64,000 bases of DNA, taken from assembly GCF_036321535.1 (NCBI RefSeq), contig NC_087436.1, forward strand, positions 9,610,001 to 9,674,000, read 5' to 3'. The position numbers were made by a program, and so were the translations under genes. This stretch comes from Camelus dromedarius. Taxonomy: Eukaryota. Below, one piece after another: positions 14,265 through 27,397 of this stretch. Positions within the stretch are counted from its first letter, which is position 1. Each line of letters opens with the position of its first letter. The notes beneath the pieces were generated by a model that made no database searches, was not told where the DNA came from, and saw only the letters and a list, made by a program, of their open reading frames with translations.

Positions 14265-15194
14265 TTTGAATTAGTGTCTTTGTTTTTTTTCAGATGTGTA
14301 CCCCGGAGTGGAATTGCTGGGTCACATGACAGTTCTATTTTTGGTTTTTTGAGAAACTCCCATACTGTTTTCCACAGTGGCTGCACCAATTTACTTTCCC
14401 ACCAGCAGCATGCAAATGTTCCCTTTTCTCCACATCCTCACCAACATTTGTTATTCGTGTTCTTTTTGATGATAGGAATTCTGACAGGGGTGAGGTGATA
14501 TCTCATTGTGGTTCTGATTTGCATTTCCCTGATGATTAGTGATGTTGAGCATCTTTCCATGTGCCTGTGGGCCATCTGCATCTCCTCTTTGGCAAAATGT
14601 CTATTCAGTTCTGCTTATTTTCAATTTGATTTTTTTTTTGATGTTGAGTTATATGAGCTGTTTATAATTGGAAAAGATATATGCACACCAATGTTCAGAG
14701 CACAATTGCCAAGATATGGAAGCAACCTAACTATCCATTAACAGATGACTGGGTAAAGAAGATGAAGTATATATGTACAATGGAATACTACTCAGTCATA
14801 AAAAAATTTGCCATTTCAGCAGTATGAATGGACTTGGAGAGTATTATGCTTAGTGAAATAAGTCAGATAGAGAAAGACAAATACTGTATGATATCACTTA
14901 GGTTTGGAATCTAAAAAAAAATACAACAAACTAGTAAATAAAACAAAGAGGAAGCAGACCCACAGATATATAGAATAAGTTAATGGTTACCAGTAGGGAG
15001 AGGAAAGGGGGAAGGGGCAATATAGAGGGTGGGGGAGTGGGAGATACAAACAGGTGCAAAATAGGCTCAAGGATGTGTTGTACAACACAGGGAATACAGC
15101 CAATATTTTCCAATAACTGTAAATGGAAAGCAACCCTTAAAGATTGCATAACATTTTTAAAAAGAAAATAAGAATTTAAAAATAAAGTAAAATA
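14265..15194 (+). mobile_element. 5'-inverted, 5'-truncated L1 insertion
   Basis: Antisense L1 14265-14664, then sense L1 14665-15194 with an A-rich tail. TSD AACAATCCACCATCTC (14249-14264) / AAAAATCCAACATCTC (15195-15210). Confidence 0.92.
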
Positions 15195-15639
15195 AAAAAT
15201 CCAACATCTCATCCTTGAAATGGCGCGTTCCTCTCCCTTCAGTGATTACACTTCCTTCCGGTTTTCCAGCTACTCTTTCAAAAACACTTTCCTAACTTCC
15301 TCTGTCTGCAACCGCCTCTTAAACAGCGGTGTTCCCCCCGGGGCTTCACTCTTAACCATCTGTGTTTCAGTCTAATTCTATATCTCCTCCTGAAGTGATC
15401 ACATTCATACTCATCACTTTAACTAAGGTGAATAACTAAAGTTTAACCCATCACTCAACTAATGATAAGGGTGATTGCTATGCTTTCTAGTGCCAAAGGT
15501 TAGAGATTACTAAAATACGAAAATACCAACAATTAATGCAGGGAATGCTAGATTATTCAGTCACTCCCAACTTCTAGCTGACTAGTAAAAAATGAATGTA
15601 ATATGTACCCATGTGTGTGTGTGTGCATACAACTTAAGA

Positions 15640-15830
15640 GCAATCTGGTGTGGGACAAACTTGGGTTAAAATCTTAAGTGTGTCATACATAGTTGAGTGG
15701 CTTAGGCCTCAGTTTAATCCTCATTCAGTTTAAATTCCCTTGTTTGCAAAATGGGTCTGAATAATAACACCTACTCTACTGTGTTGTGCTGGAAATTAAG
15801 GATAAGTACTTAACGAAGTCCCTGGTATTT
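15640..15830 (+). mobile_element. MIR SINE relic
   Basis: gacaaacttgggttaaaatc...ttcccttgtttgcaaaatggg...ataataacacctact...gttgtgctggaaattaa. Confidence 0.6.
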
Positions 15831-16041
15831 CATAAAATTTCAAAAAAAAAAAAAAAAAACCCACAACCTGCTAACATTTTCATCCACAATTTTATCAAGC
15901 AAATTTAGCACTTGGTATAATTACATTAGCTCTGCCCTAAAATTAATAACATTGAATTTTGATGGCACTTGGAAAATGGAAGAGGTGGGAGTCAAAGGGA
16001 GCCCTCACTTCAGTAAGAGGCTCCAGACTGGGAGATTCCCT

Positions 16042-16995
16042 TGTAACAAAAAACCAGCTCAGACCAAAAGGGGAGACATTATTTAAAAAGACTATTGGAA
16101 TAGGGGGAGAGAAAATGCTCCAACCATAAGACCTGTAGGTTGTTCAAAGATTAGGCAGAAAACAAACTATGGTTACCAAAGGGGAGAGAGGGGAAGGATA
16201 AATTAGGGGTTGAGAATTAACAGACACACATGACTATATATCAAATAGATAAACCACAAGGACCTACTGTAGAGCACAAGGAATTCTATTAAATTTCTTG
16301 TAATAACATATAATGGAAAATAATCTGAAAAGAAAAGATACATGTGTGTGTATGTATAACTGAATCATTTTGCTATACATCTGAAACTAACATTGTAAAT
16401 CAACTGAATTTAAAAAAAAATGTTTTTTTTTAATTTTTAAAAAATTTTTTAAAAAAAAGATTAGGCAGAAAAGGATTTTCTTTTCTAGGGAAGAGGAGAC
16501 AAGAACAGAGAAGGCCAGGCATGGAGGAGAGGGCTGAGCAGGTGATGTGATGGGAGCTGAACAGGAAATGTCTGCTTTGCCGTCAGCCGATTCTCAAGGA
16601 GGATCTTGGAGAGTGGGGAGGGTTGCTTTTCACTCCAGTACCTGCTTAAGCTCCCAACGCTTGCTTAAAACTTAGGGTGGGTCAAAGTTCAGGGCCCTGG
16701 GAAGACAGAAGCTTGGCCAATACTTGGTAATATCAAGTCAAGGGGCATTTTGTCCACATTGGTCAGTGGGTGCAAATGGCTCAGCTCTTTGTTGACAGAC
16801 AAAGAAGGAGATGGGCGCCCAGCCTTGACCAGGGTCAACAAGAAGGCCATCCTCCAAGTCCCATCAAGGTCATATGGGACAAGCATGGCTCTTTGCAGTA
16901 AGTCCTTTCCTGGGACACCCAGAGTGGAGGGATTTCTTAATCATCCTGTGTTCCTGAGGTATAGGGCTTAGGGAAAGCTCAGCATTTACCTAACA
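16042..16995 (-). mobile_element. ERV1-like solo LTR interrupted by an L1 3' end
   Basis: TGTAACA...CTAACA termini, LTR-like composition, and sequence continuous across the L1 TSD. Confidence 0.6.
16163..16455 (+). mobile_element. Heavily 5'-truncated L1 (3'UTR only)
   Basis: caaactatggttaccaaagggg...gacctactgtagagcacaagg...cattgtaaatcaact plus an A/T-rich tail. Perfect 17-bp direct repeat AAAGATTAGGCAGAAAA at 16146-16162 and 16456-16472. Confidence 0.92.
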
Positions 16996-17708
16996 TGAAC
17001 CAAAACAGGTCATATGTCACCCCATGGTCAGTGGCTACATGGTTGGTACAGGTCATTTCTCCCCATGGTCAGTGGCTGACCCAGGCAGGGCGGGGAGTCT
17101 GGTTTTGCACGGTCACTGGGCCAGTGGTGACAGAAATGAGGCATGGGTTTTGCAAGAACTTATACATTTTTTATTTTGAAATGTTTGCCTCATAAATGTT
17201 AGGCCTTTGTTTTGTTTTGCCTTGATTTGGGGAGGAGGCTAGTCTCAATTATCTGCCTTAGATATCTGTTGTTATTACCTTTCTCTGTCCCCTTCTAACT
17301 ACTAGACTTGTCATGAGCCCCCAGTCAACTGGGAAAGAAAACTGCCTCTAGACATGCTCTACTTAATGTGAGAGACAGACTATTAGGGGGAGAGACTTTT
17401 CCTTGAGGGAATGTCTTCATGCAGATCCTTATAGACAGATATTGAGGGAGTTCATTAAAAGGATTCTTGCATAGTTTATAAAAAATTTGTTTGGCTTTTA
17501 GGCTTTCTTATCATTCATATTAGCTTTCTGTTAGATTAACAATTACACAACTTCTTCCTATTTTTCAAAAATTGGTTTACTATTTTGTGCCCCTCCCCCA
17601 AGAAAGGACTAAGGAATGCAGTACGTATTAGAAATAGCTATCGTGGTCTCATGAGCTCATCGTTCATTTCATCATCATTCTTACAGAAATGGGATTATCC
17701 GTGCCGTG

Positions 17709-18064
17709 TGACAAGGCAGACCAGTACCACTGGCAGTAAAAGAATTTGCCAGAAACAAAGAAAAGCGAAGGAAAAGCTTACTAGGTACGCGGCTGCAGGC
17801 ACAGGTGGGCAGACAGACAAGAGGCGCCTGGTGCCCCGAGGGCAGATTCTTAAGAGTCTTTTATAAGGAAGGGCCTGACCACGTCAGCACTTTAACGAAG
17901 GGGGTTGTGTTGAAGGTTTCCAGACATTAGTTGCTTATTATCTAAGGGCTTAAGTTCGTTACTCCTGGGGAAGGAAATGTTTATCTCTGGGAGGAGGTAG
18001 GCAGTCTGGTACACTTGAGGAAGCTTGGGAGAGGGGGTTGCTAGGTCCTAACTCAGGGTTGTCA
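17709..18064 (-). mobile_element. ERV-like solo LTR
   Basis: TGACAA...TTGTCA inverted termini, minus-strand TATA (ttttataa near 17860), elevated GC and CpG. Confidence 0.6.
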
Positions 18065-21000
18065 GTTGGGCTAAAACAATTGCATGTTGAGAGATGAACG
18101 TCCTCTGTGTTTCCTGATTTTTGTCTTCATGACGGGAGTGATGAGGGCATAGCAGACATCATGTGACTGAAGCCCCCTGCGGCTCTCTGTGGGGCCTCTT
18201 CCTTGTCCTCGAAGCCCACAAGCCACACTCTGTGTGTCAAAGTGTGTTAGTGACACACGCAAGAGCTGCATACGTTCTCCTGGGGATCTTCTCCCTCGAG
18301 CCTTCTGTTCTGAGCGAGATGGTTCCTCTCTCACCTGCAGGTGGCTGTCACCCTGGGAACCCTCTCCACCCCTCTCCAGTGTAGGGTGTCCTTTTCCTGA
18401 TCGTTCATATTTTTTCCTTTCTGAATTTACTCCTTAGCTTTGCTGGAACACAACTTCTAGCAGCTTCCTCCTCATCCCCATTGTTGTAGATTTATAGCTA
18501 TGCCATTCCTTTAGCTATCAGAGGGACAGGAAAAGGACACCCATACAATTGATCCATACTATTGACTCTTTTCATCTCATAAATAATGTTTTTTGCAGGA
18601 ATATGGAAACCAGGTCCAAGTGACAAGACTAATGCTGTGCTCTAGAGTGAATACCTTCAGCATCCATTTAAAATTACAGAAAATCCTACAAATTCAAAAC
18701 TAATCACATTTATTAAGCATTACCTTTTCAACCTAGGAATGATATTTGCAATAGTTTATCAATCTAGGAATAACAATTATTCGAGTTGCCAATATTTGAG
18801 ATAACAAAAGGAAGGGCCTTTGGGAGTGTCCACAAGAAGAGAGAAATGAAATAATTGATCAATTCCAAAGGATTAAACATTTTCATTCCAACTAATATAA
18901 GCCTGGTTTCTAATTATGACACAGTAAGGCCAGAAACTTAGAGAAATATGAGCTTTAGAAACGGAAAAAAACTTGTTTTATTTTGCATCCCAGTTTGAAT
19001 CTTCTCATGCTTAACTTTCTGAACTGCATAACTGACAGGACTTTTTCCCTTTTTTTTTTTTTAATCTCTCTTTAACAGATACATCTCCATCAATGCAAAA
19101 TGCTTCCTAGATGATAAATTAAACAGAGATTGGAAAGGAGTCTGTATGTCAGATGAGACTAGCATTTCAGCTAGTTCTCAGTTGACTTTATTGAATAACC
19201 AAGACTAAATGAAATAATAATGATAATTATCCTGTTCATAAGCTATTTGTACACTCATGAATTAAAGAACTTAAAAAGGAGGCCCTGTCTGCCTTGCTCA
19301 CATCTGCATCTGCAGCCTCAGAATTCATTCAAGTCCTGGTGCCTAAAAGTAAGTCAATAAATATTTGCCATGGAATTAATGCTCTTTTTAGTAGCTTTCA
19401 GAATCCTCGCTGTCAGCTGAGGAGTCTACAGTACATCAGCTAATTTTTGGTCAGATTCCCTTGGCTGTTTCTTTACACCTCTAGCATCAGTTTTCCCCAC
19501 TGATCTTAGAATCATAGCTTCATTCAAAACTGGGCATTACTTCCCGACATAAACATAAATAAATGTCCTGCTGTTATTTATACTATTCTTACTAAGAAGT
19601 TACGAGCACTGGTGTCATTCTTGTCATTCTGTGTCACTGTGATGTTAATGAAGGCTGCTGCTCACAAGGATAATGATGGCTATGAAGATGGCATAACAAC
19701 ATCACTGTCTTAAGCTGAATTTCCCTTGCCCCCATCTCCGGTACCTTCCTGGAGGGCTCATCGCACCTTCAGTAAGAACAAAGCCCCTCACCCTCCACTT
19801 CGTAATCTTCCACATAGACATGCGCAGATCATCTCGTCTTTCATTGTTTTCTATTCAAGAGCCTTCGGTCTCTGCTGGTTTCATGCCCTTTTCTTCAATT
19901 TCCTGCTGCGACAGCCAGCACAACTTTTTTTTTTTACATCTTTGGGTGGGTTCCAACAGGACAGAGATGGTATGCTAAACTCAAGATCGCTTGAATAGTG
20001 TTTATCCGCAAAGAAACAAACTAGCAAAAAAGAAAAAAAAAAAAAAAAGATTAAAGGGAGCGCAAAAAGGTAGAGGAGGGAACAGAGGTCAACAGTAGCA
20101 GAGCTGTCACCACCCCTCCACACTGAGGAATGAAGGGAGGAAAAGGAAAGAGAGTTGGGTGGAGCCTTGAGAGAACCAAAGACCTTCCATAAAGGGACAT
20201 GACCAGCCAAGGCGAACTCTCAGGACAGGAGCAGAGAAATAAGCACCCTCCCCTCACCCTGTTCCTTCCTCTTGATCCCAACCAGTGCTTCTTTGTCCTT
20301 TAACCCAAACAGATGCCAGACAAGCGAGTGATGAAGTCAGTGCAGGTTAGGATCCTGGAGGAGGGAGCAGGGTGCATGGGTGGAGACTGGCTGTGGAGTG
20401 GGAATCTGTTTAGCAGAGTCCACACCTCTGTTCCTCAGCAACCATGTCCTCTTCCATCCTGTTTAGTCATCCAGCCTGATGGGCAGATAAAGGCTGGAAA
20501 GCTCTTGTTATTCTCTTGCCGTACAGGTTATCTCCTCCTGGACCATGTCTTATACCACTTGGTCTCTGCAGACCATGTCAGAATCAAACACAACAATTGC
20601 CTTGCAGAAAAAGAAAAGAAGATGGATCCTAGAGGGCTGGTATGAGCCAATGGCACAGGAGAGCTTTAATGGAGATGTGGACTAGGGCCCCTTAGATAGG
20701 GGAATAGCTTGCCACCTATAGCATGAACATTTAGTGGAAATTTGGATGTTCAAGTCTCTCCACCTCAACTCTGCCCTAAAGTCTCCAGCCAACGTCCTAG
20801 GGTCTCATTCTTTTCCCATCAGCATCATTACTTTATTGTAGGAAACTTGTTAGGACAAAAGGGAGTAATTTGTACTGCTCCTTTGAGATGCTCACAATGC
20901 AAGGCTGATGCCCAGCTGTATCTACACTGTGTCTACCAGAGATAAGAAATTTCAAAATTGCTATGGAGATCTTTGGCCTCCACATGTATTCTTAATTTTA

Positions 21001-21111
21001 GAATCCTACTTTCAGTTCATCTTTGTATGCTCTGCATCTATATATGCTCTCAAGGGGGTTAGGTAGTAACCAGGGGATTCCACAATCACAGAAAGCATTT
21101 TTGTTACCATG

Positions 21112-21730
21112 TGTGTTGAGGAGCCCCCTAGCCACCCACTGATTAAACAGTTTTTCAAGGAGGATTACATGACTCTTAGAATCCTGTGAATGCTATGATT
21201 TATTAAAACTAAAGGAGACAAAGCAAAATCAGCAAGGGGAAAGGCATATTGGGTAAAGTACAGAGAAAACAGGCACCATCTCTGTCTTTCCCAGTGGAGT
21301 CACACAGGACTTACTTAATTCCTCCAGAGAGGCGTGACAAAATGTGCACAATGTCTCCTAGGGGAGCTCATTAGGGACTCAGTCCCAGGGCTTTTATTGA
21401 TGGCTGGTCAAGAAGGCACTCACAGTCTAAATGTACCAAAATTCCAGACTCCCAGAGGAAGGCAGGTGTTCAACATAAAGCATGTTGTTTGGTGCATCAA
21501 AACATCACCTTGTACACCTTAAATACATACAGTTTTTATATCTGAATTGTACCTCAATAAAGCTGGGTGGGGGGAACACAGTATAAACAGTTTAAGAACA
21601 GCTAGCTACTCTTAGAAGTTCTGGGAATAATGAGACCGCATCCAAATCCAAATTCCCATATGCCAGCCGAGAGCTGATCTTACAAGCAGGATGGCAGTCC
21701 CAGGCCTGCTGCCTTGACGGCTGTCTGCAG
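21112..21730 (-). mobile_element. MER21-like solo LTR with a short L1M 3' tip inserted at about 21491-21578
   Basis: caaagcaaaatcagcaaggggaaaggc...cccagtggagtcacacaggac...ttaattcctccag. The insert reads catcaccttgtacaccttaaatacatac...cctcaataaagctgg. Confidence 0.8.
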
Positions 21731-21974
21731 CCCACAGTGACTGAGCACAGAGGTCCCTGCTCTCCTAAGACCTTGTCCTCTGAATGCACTCCACCCCATG
21801 TACCCTCTGGTGATACTTTGAATTTTTCTTTTTTTTACTTTCTGTGAATGACCTGTGTCTTATTTTCCCTTGCAATGGGAGTTACCCACACATTCCTTAA
21901 ATATATGACAAATAAAAGTTAAGAATTCCATTTTAAAGACCTTTTTAGTGGGACCATTTCCAGTGGCAGTCATT

Positions 21975-22460
21975 GTGTCAATCAGGGACCCAATAGGAAA
22001 CCAATGAAATCATAAAAATGGAGATCTATTAAAGAGGAGGTATTTACAAAAGTTGTAATTGAAAAGGTCAGAATGAGGAGACCACAAAGGATTGTGTGTA
22101 AACATTGGACCAGCAGCAGCAGAGATGCCAACTGGGGAGGCACCAGGGAATATTAAAAGGAGTGGTTTCTCAACTCAGAAGGAGAAAGGGTTTCCTAGGG
22201 CAGGCAACCTTAGGAGAAGGAGTGGGCCCACACAGGGGGCCGCAGGCAGCCAGAGGCACCCAGGAAAGATGCATTCTGAGCTCATTTTGTCCTTGTTTGT
22301 AGATCTCTCACAGTACTGCCCATTGGCTCAACCCGATTAGAAGCCAGAGGCAGCAGACCATGGGATTTTACTGATGTAATTAAATGGGGCAGTCTTCCAG
22401 GACACAAGGCAGTTTGCAAAAGCTTAAAGAGGTTGACCCAGAGGAGCAAACAGAAGATTG
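21975..22460 (-). mobile_element. MLT1 (MaLR) LTR relic
   Basis: tgtgtcaatcagggacccaatagg...cccattggctcaacccgattagaagccagaggc. Confidence 0.55.
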
Positions 22461-24173
22461 TTGGCCTCATTGATAATTCATTTCCATTTGCCAAGAATTC
22501 TGCACCCTTTTAATCAAATATTTTCTGACATCTCACTTTCTCAAAGAAGAATTCCAAACGATGAATTACAGGTAATGAGTTTCCTTTCTCCCCCCGTCTA
22601 AATACTCAAGTCTTGTCATTTATCACCTACCAGTTTTCCCCAAATCTACCATTAAAATGTCCCTCTGCATTTTTTTAAGTTTTTTATTTTTCCCCATTAT
22701 TACCTTTTTAAATTTTTTTTTCAGTTGTTCAGAGTGTCTTAATGCTCTTAATAATCATACATGTCGTACTGTATAAAACACATCCTGTTTTCTAAAAGCT
22801 CCTAATTGGCAAATGTTCTATGTGTTTTGCTAAATTAATATGACGTATTGTTCAGCATTTTGTGCATGCAAATTTGGCATGAATTTGTTTTCTTTCCTTG
22901 TTAAAATCTAGCCCAGTAAAATGTTTACCAGAGAATAAGAAGCATTAGTATATGTCAAGAGACTGGGATTCTGATCAGTTCTTCTGTTTGCTGGAAACAC
23001 ATCTTGATCTGGGAGACTTCCCTCAGTTTCAGCATCCTCACTTGCCGTGTAAAGGGCTTGGATGCGATCACCTCTGGTACCTCTCCCAGGTTTAAGAGTC
23101 CGTTTGCTGATTTCAGTTCAATCATTATTAGACTCTTTCCCACCCCTACTCCCCAACGGAGTACTTTCACAAGGACATAACATTTCTCTGCCAGGTATTC
23201 TACAGAGCCGAAGTGTTCTTCTGAGAGTCAACTTGTCCAAATCAATTTGTGTGCTACAATGTTCCTCTTTAATTTTAAGTGTTAGAATTATAAAACAAAC
23301 GTGCACCAATATTGGTATTTCCTCATGATCCCGTTAGAGGGTTTTCTGGTTTACCTCTTACCAGTAAAACTTTTCTCTTGTCTGGAACTTACTATGCCAA
23401 TTTTCATTTATACTACACATTTATCATTGCATCAAATATATGCATTAACACTTTTTAGACTATATTTTAAATGAATAGATATCAACCAGACAAATTTTAA
23501 AATTCATGAGGTGACCTGCGTCCTTTTTAACTGTGTACAGCTCACTGCTACTTCCAATTGAAATGCAAGCAGGTGCTATTTTTTGGTCTATTTAGATACT
23601 TTAAAAAAAAAATGTCACCACCTATAAATGGATTAAGCCATGTAATCCATCAGAGCCCAGAAATTTTTCCATGTGAGGCACAAAATGAGGGGAGTGAGAC
23701 AGGAATCAAAACTCAAATTGAAAAGTGAGAAGGACCCAAAAAGAAAGCAGTTCTCCTGGGTTAATCATTTAGAAAATGTGTTACATAAGAAGGTCAAGAA
23801 GGACCCAACAAAGTCTGAGAGACGAAGAAAATTATCCAGAGAAGAGACATTAAACTTAGACACACAGAGCAGGTAACCACTAGTTGGATGGAGAGAGAAG
23901 GAAGACTCCAGGCTGAGGAAACAGCGAAAAGAATAAATGGACCGATGAGCATGGACAAAGGATGGAGACTAGGCAGCTCCCCGTGGAGTGGGAGAGATTG
24001 GAGTTGGGAGCCATATTAAGAACTCTGACTTCACTTGGATGGAAATAGGACTTACTAAAGGATTTTAACAGGCATACCACTTTAAAAATGTCATTCTGGC
24101 TTCTCTGAAAAAAATTATCAGAAAAATTTAGAGGAAACTAAGGTTAAAAACTTTGAGCCCTTAATTAGTAAGA

Positions 24174-24507
24174 GTGAATGACAAACACTACTTGCCACAT
24201 CAGTAAACAAAGGAAGCTGAAACCACCCAGTCATGAGCCAGTACTCTTAACCCCAACGATGCCCCCTGAGGGGACTCAGGATGGGAAGGAACAGGATACT
24301 GGTCCTGAGAGCAAAGGTGCAGATCAAAGGAATGACTTCAGTGAGCCCAGACTTTTGTATCTTCCCATACACAGGAAGGCACCAAATTCTTTAACTTCAG
24401 ATATCTAATTTTCTTTAATTAACAGTAATCTTTAATGTTCTGACTACGTGATCTTTGTTACAAAAATTCCTATATGTCCTGGCTCCTCCCCCACCTCTTT
24501 GGAGCAG
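24174..24507 (+). mobile_element. ERV1-like LTR, 3'-truncated
   Basis: Aligns by eye with 25049-25607 (tcagtaaaca, ccctgaggggactcaggatgggaa, tcaaaggaatga, taattaacagtaatc, cctggctcctcccc). Confidence 0.8.
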
Positions 24508-25048
24508 AATTAAAGTGGGATAGGAAACAAGTTTAATGACAGATAGGAATATTCTAATAATAATGAAGAGATTGAAGATAGGGAAAATGAGAAGGGGCCA
24601 CGGAAGGATGATTAATAGCCGACGTTTCTGGAATAGAGAAGTCAGGCTGTGCTCAGGTATCAACAGGGCAATGGGGAAACGATTATAGGTTTAGCTGGAA
24701 GAAACTATAAATTTCTGCTTGTAACAGAAGAATGGAGAAAAGAAGTTAATATTGAGAAATGTTTATAGATTTGATTGTTACAAAGTGAGGTAATTCTTCT
24801 CCAATCTTCTCTTTTTTTCTTTTCTCACTGAAAATAGGAGGCAAAGCTATCTCTGAGGATGGCAGTTTGAGAATATTAGGGAAAATTTGTTGTAGCAAAT
24901 GCAGAAAATTGGACTGAGAGTCAGTAACAGTTAGTTGATTATAAAGTGACATTATGTCCAAATCTGAGATTAATGATCATGAATTTTTGGTTGTATCACA
25001 GTGCCCTACTATAAAAGATTCTCTAGTTTTTCTGAGCTATTTGGGTGT

Positions 25049-25607
25049 TGTGAATGAAAAATACGGCCAGGCATATCAGTAAACAGAGAATGCTGTGGCC
25101 ATTAAGTCATCAGCTGCTACCACCCCCTCCGTAAGTGAACTCAGGATGCAGACAAGCAGGCAGCCTGACTTCTGCAGCCAACCCCCCAACAGCGCACCCT
25201 GAGGGGACTCAGGATGGGAAACAGCGGGACAATGGCCATCTCTGGATAGCTAGGTGCATGTCAAAGGAATGATGCCAATAAGCCCAGACCTGTGTGCCTT
25301 CCTCTACATAGAAAAGTGCCAAATTCCTTAACGTGAACTATCTGGTTCTTTCTTTTGTTTTGTTTTGTTTTGTTTTGTTTTGTTTTGTTTTGTTTTTAAT
25401 TAACAGTAATCCTTTGATCTTCTGACTACCTGGTCTTTATTGTAAAGCTCCTATAGATCCTGGCTCCTCCCCTACCTCTTCGGAGCAGCCCCTCAGAGCC
25501 ATCTGAGAGGCTGTCATCCTGGCTCAAGGGGTTTAAGTCCTCAGAAATGTCCACTGAATAAAATATAACTCTCAACTTTTAGGCTTTATGTTTTATGTCA
25601 GTTGACA
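25049..25607 (+). mobile_element. ERV1-like solo LTR
   Basis: TGTGAATG...GTTGACA termini, 4-bp TSD GTGT/GTAT, TATA-like cctataga, AATAAA near 25557, internal (TTTTG)n. Confidence 0.85.
25352..25396. repeat. (TTTTG)n pentanucleotide microsatellite
   Basis: About 9 perfect units read directly. Confidence 0.95.
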
Positions 25608-26826
25608 GTATATACATGGATGGGGGAGCAATTTCCTTCATCTGCAGTTGAAATTTTTTTTGATGTATCAAAATAATTACAGAAGACTTAGGAGATATAT
25701 GTGAAGACATTTATTCATGGAATCTAATTTGTATTAGAAGTGAAATGATAAAAGGAAAATTCTGATGGGTAGGGAGAAATAAGAAGGGTGGTAGGCTGGC
25801 ATTCTCCATGGGCTCGGGTAATGGAGGTGATAGATGACCTCAGCGGATGATCTGGAAGCAGGGTGTGTTGCATTAAGACAGCGTAATTCCAAGGCTATTG
25901 GTCTGAAAGGACCATAGATTTTGAGTGACTGAAAGGTGCTGGGTGTGGTCCTGGGGCCAGAGCCCCGTTAGCAGAGCAGGGTCTCGCATCTCTTCAGCCC
26001 ATGTGGATTTCAGCCCTTGATCACACACTTGTGGGTGCTTTGTGCAGTTCACGCACTGCACAGCCTTACACAAAAGTCATCTTGGGGTATGGCTGATAAA
26101 GGTGGAGAGGGAAGATTATTGTAGTCGAGAAAAACTGAGTAACCATTGTGTCTCTGGATTTTATAGTCCAGAATGATGGCAGGACTTGAAAGTAAAAGAA
26201 AGAATTTAACGCAGATACCAAAATATCAAGAGGAAAGATGAGTGACTGTGCTTGTATGTAATGTGGAAACAAAGAGGAGTTACTTGGCTTTTCTCAGGTA
26301 ATATGAGGCTGGTTTTTTTGAGACTAACCCCAACCTGTCCTCCCCAAGCAGAGGTAGTTAGGCATTTGAGTTTTATTTAGTGGACATTTACATGACACTG
26401 TGTCTCACAACAACTCTTAAACTCTTCAGAAATACTGACGTATTTAATCCTCCCAGCAATCTTAAAAGGACCACTCTCATAGTTATTGAATGGATGAAGA
26501 TAATATAAACCCAGAGAGGCAGGCAGCTGTCTAAAGTGATGTAACTGGTAAACAGTGGAACAAAGCCACTTCTTAATTAACCTACAGGGGCAGTGGAAAT
26601 TAGAGTAAAATTCATGGTGAGTATAAACACTGAGTGATTTGAAAGATGCTGGAAGAGACAGGCACAAATAAAGATTATGGGCAAAAAATCAGAAGTGGAA
26701 GGCTGGATTTTGAAAAGTAATCTGACACTGTGAGTCAGAGCAAAATGGAGGAAATGTCACCAAGGAAAACAGAGACTGTGTTTGAACACTCGGATAGAAA
26801 ATGAAAGCTTAAAATAGGCAGGTTTG

Positions 26827-27140
26827 CAGAAATAGACTCACAGACATAGAACACTAACCGTGGTTACGGGGAGAAATAGCAGGGAGGGATAGTTTAGGAG
26901 TTTGGATTAATAAACACACACTACTACATATAAAGTAGATAAACAACAAGGCGCTACTGTATAGCACAAGGAACTGCATTCAATATCTTATAATGAGCTG
27001 AAAGGGAAAAGAATCTGAAAAACAAAATGTATGTATAGGTATAGTTGAATTGCTTTGCTGTACACTTGAAACTAACATTGAAAACTGACTACACTTCAAT
27101 AAAAACTAAGAACTAAAATTAAACAAACAAACAAACAAAC
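26827..27140 (+). mobile_element. 5'-truncated L1 (3'UTR) with (AAAC)n tail
   Basis: cagaaatagactcacagacatagaac...ctactgtatagcacaaggaact...ttcaataaaa. TSD AAAATAGGCAGGTTTG (26811-26826) / AAAACAGACAGGATTG (27141-27156). Confidence 0.9.
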
Positions 27141-27397
27141 AAAACAGACAGGATTGTGCCATGATCTGAGGTTTTAGAGTTGCTGTGTTTGGTTGGGGCT
27201 TGTTCCCTTCCCCTCCATGTCACAAGAGGATGATGATGCTAATGGTTCCTGTTCCTGGCTGAGGATGGGAGCCTTGTTGTCCAGCAACAACTGGAGGACT
27301 GGGTGCTGGACATTAGCTGGAACTGAACATGCATTGACCAGCCTTCCATTACAACCAAGGCTGCTTTCCTGTGGCCCCAGGCACCATGCTCCACTGT

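Noticed and set aside
24174..25607. Deleted provirus (5'LTR, internal region, 3'LTR)
   Set aside because: The two LTRs differ by large indels, the second has its own TSD, and no PBS, PPT or gag/pol/env is visible between them.
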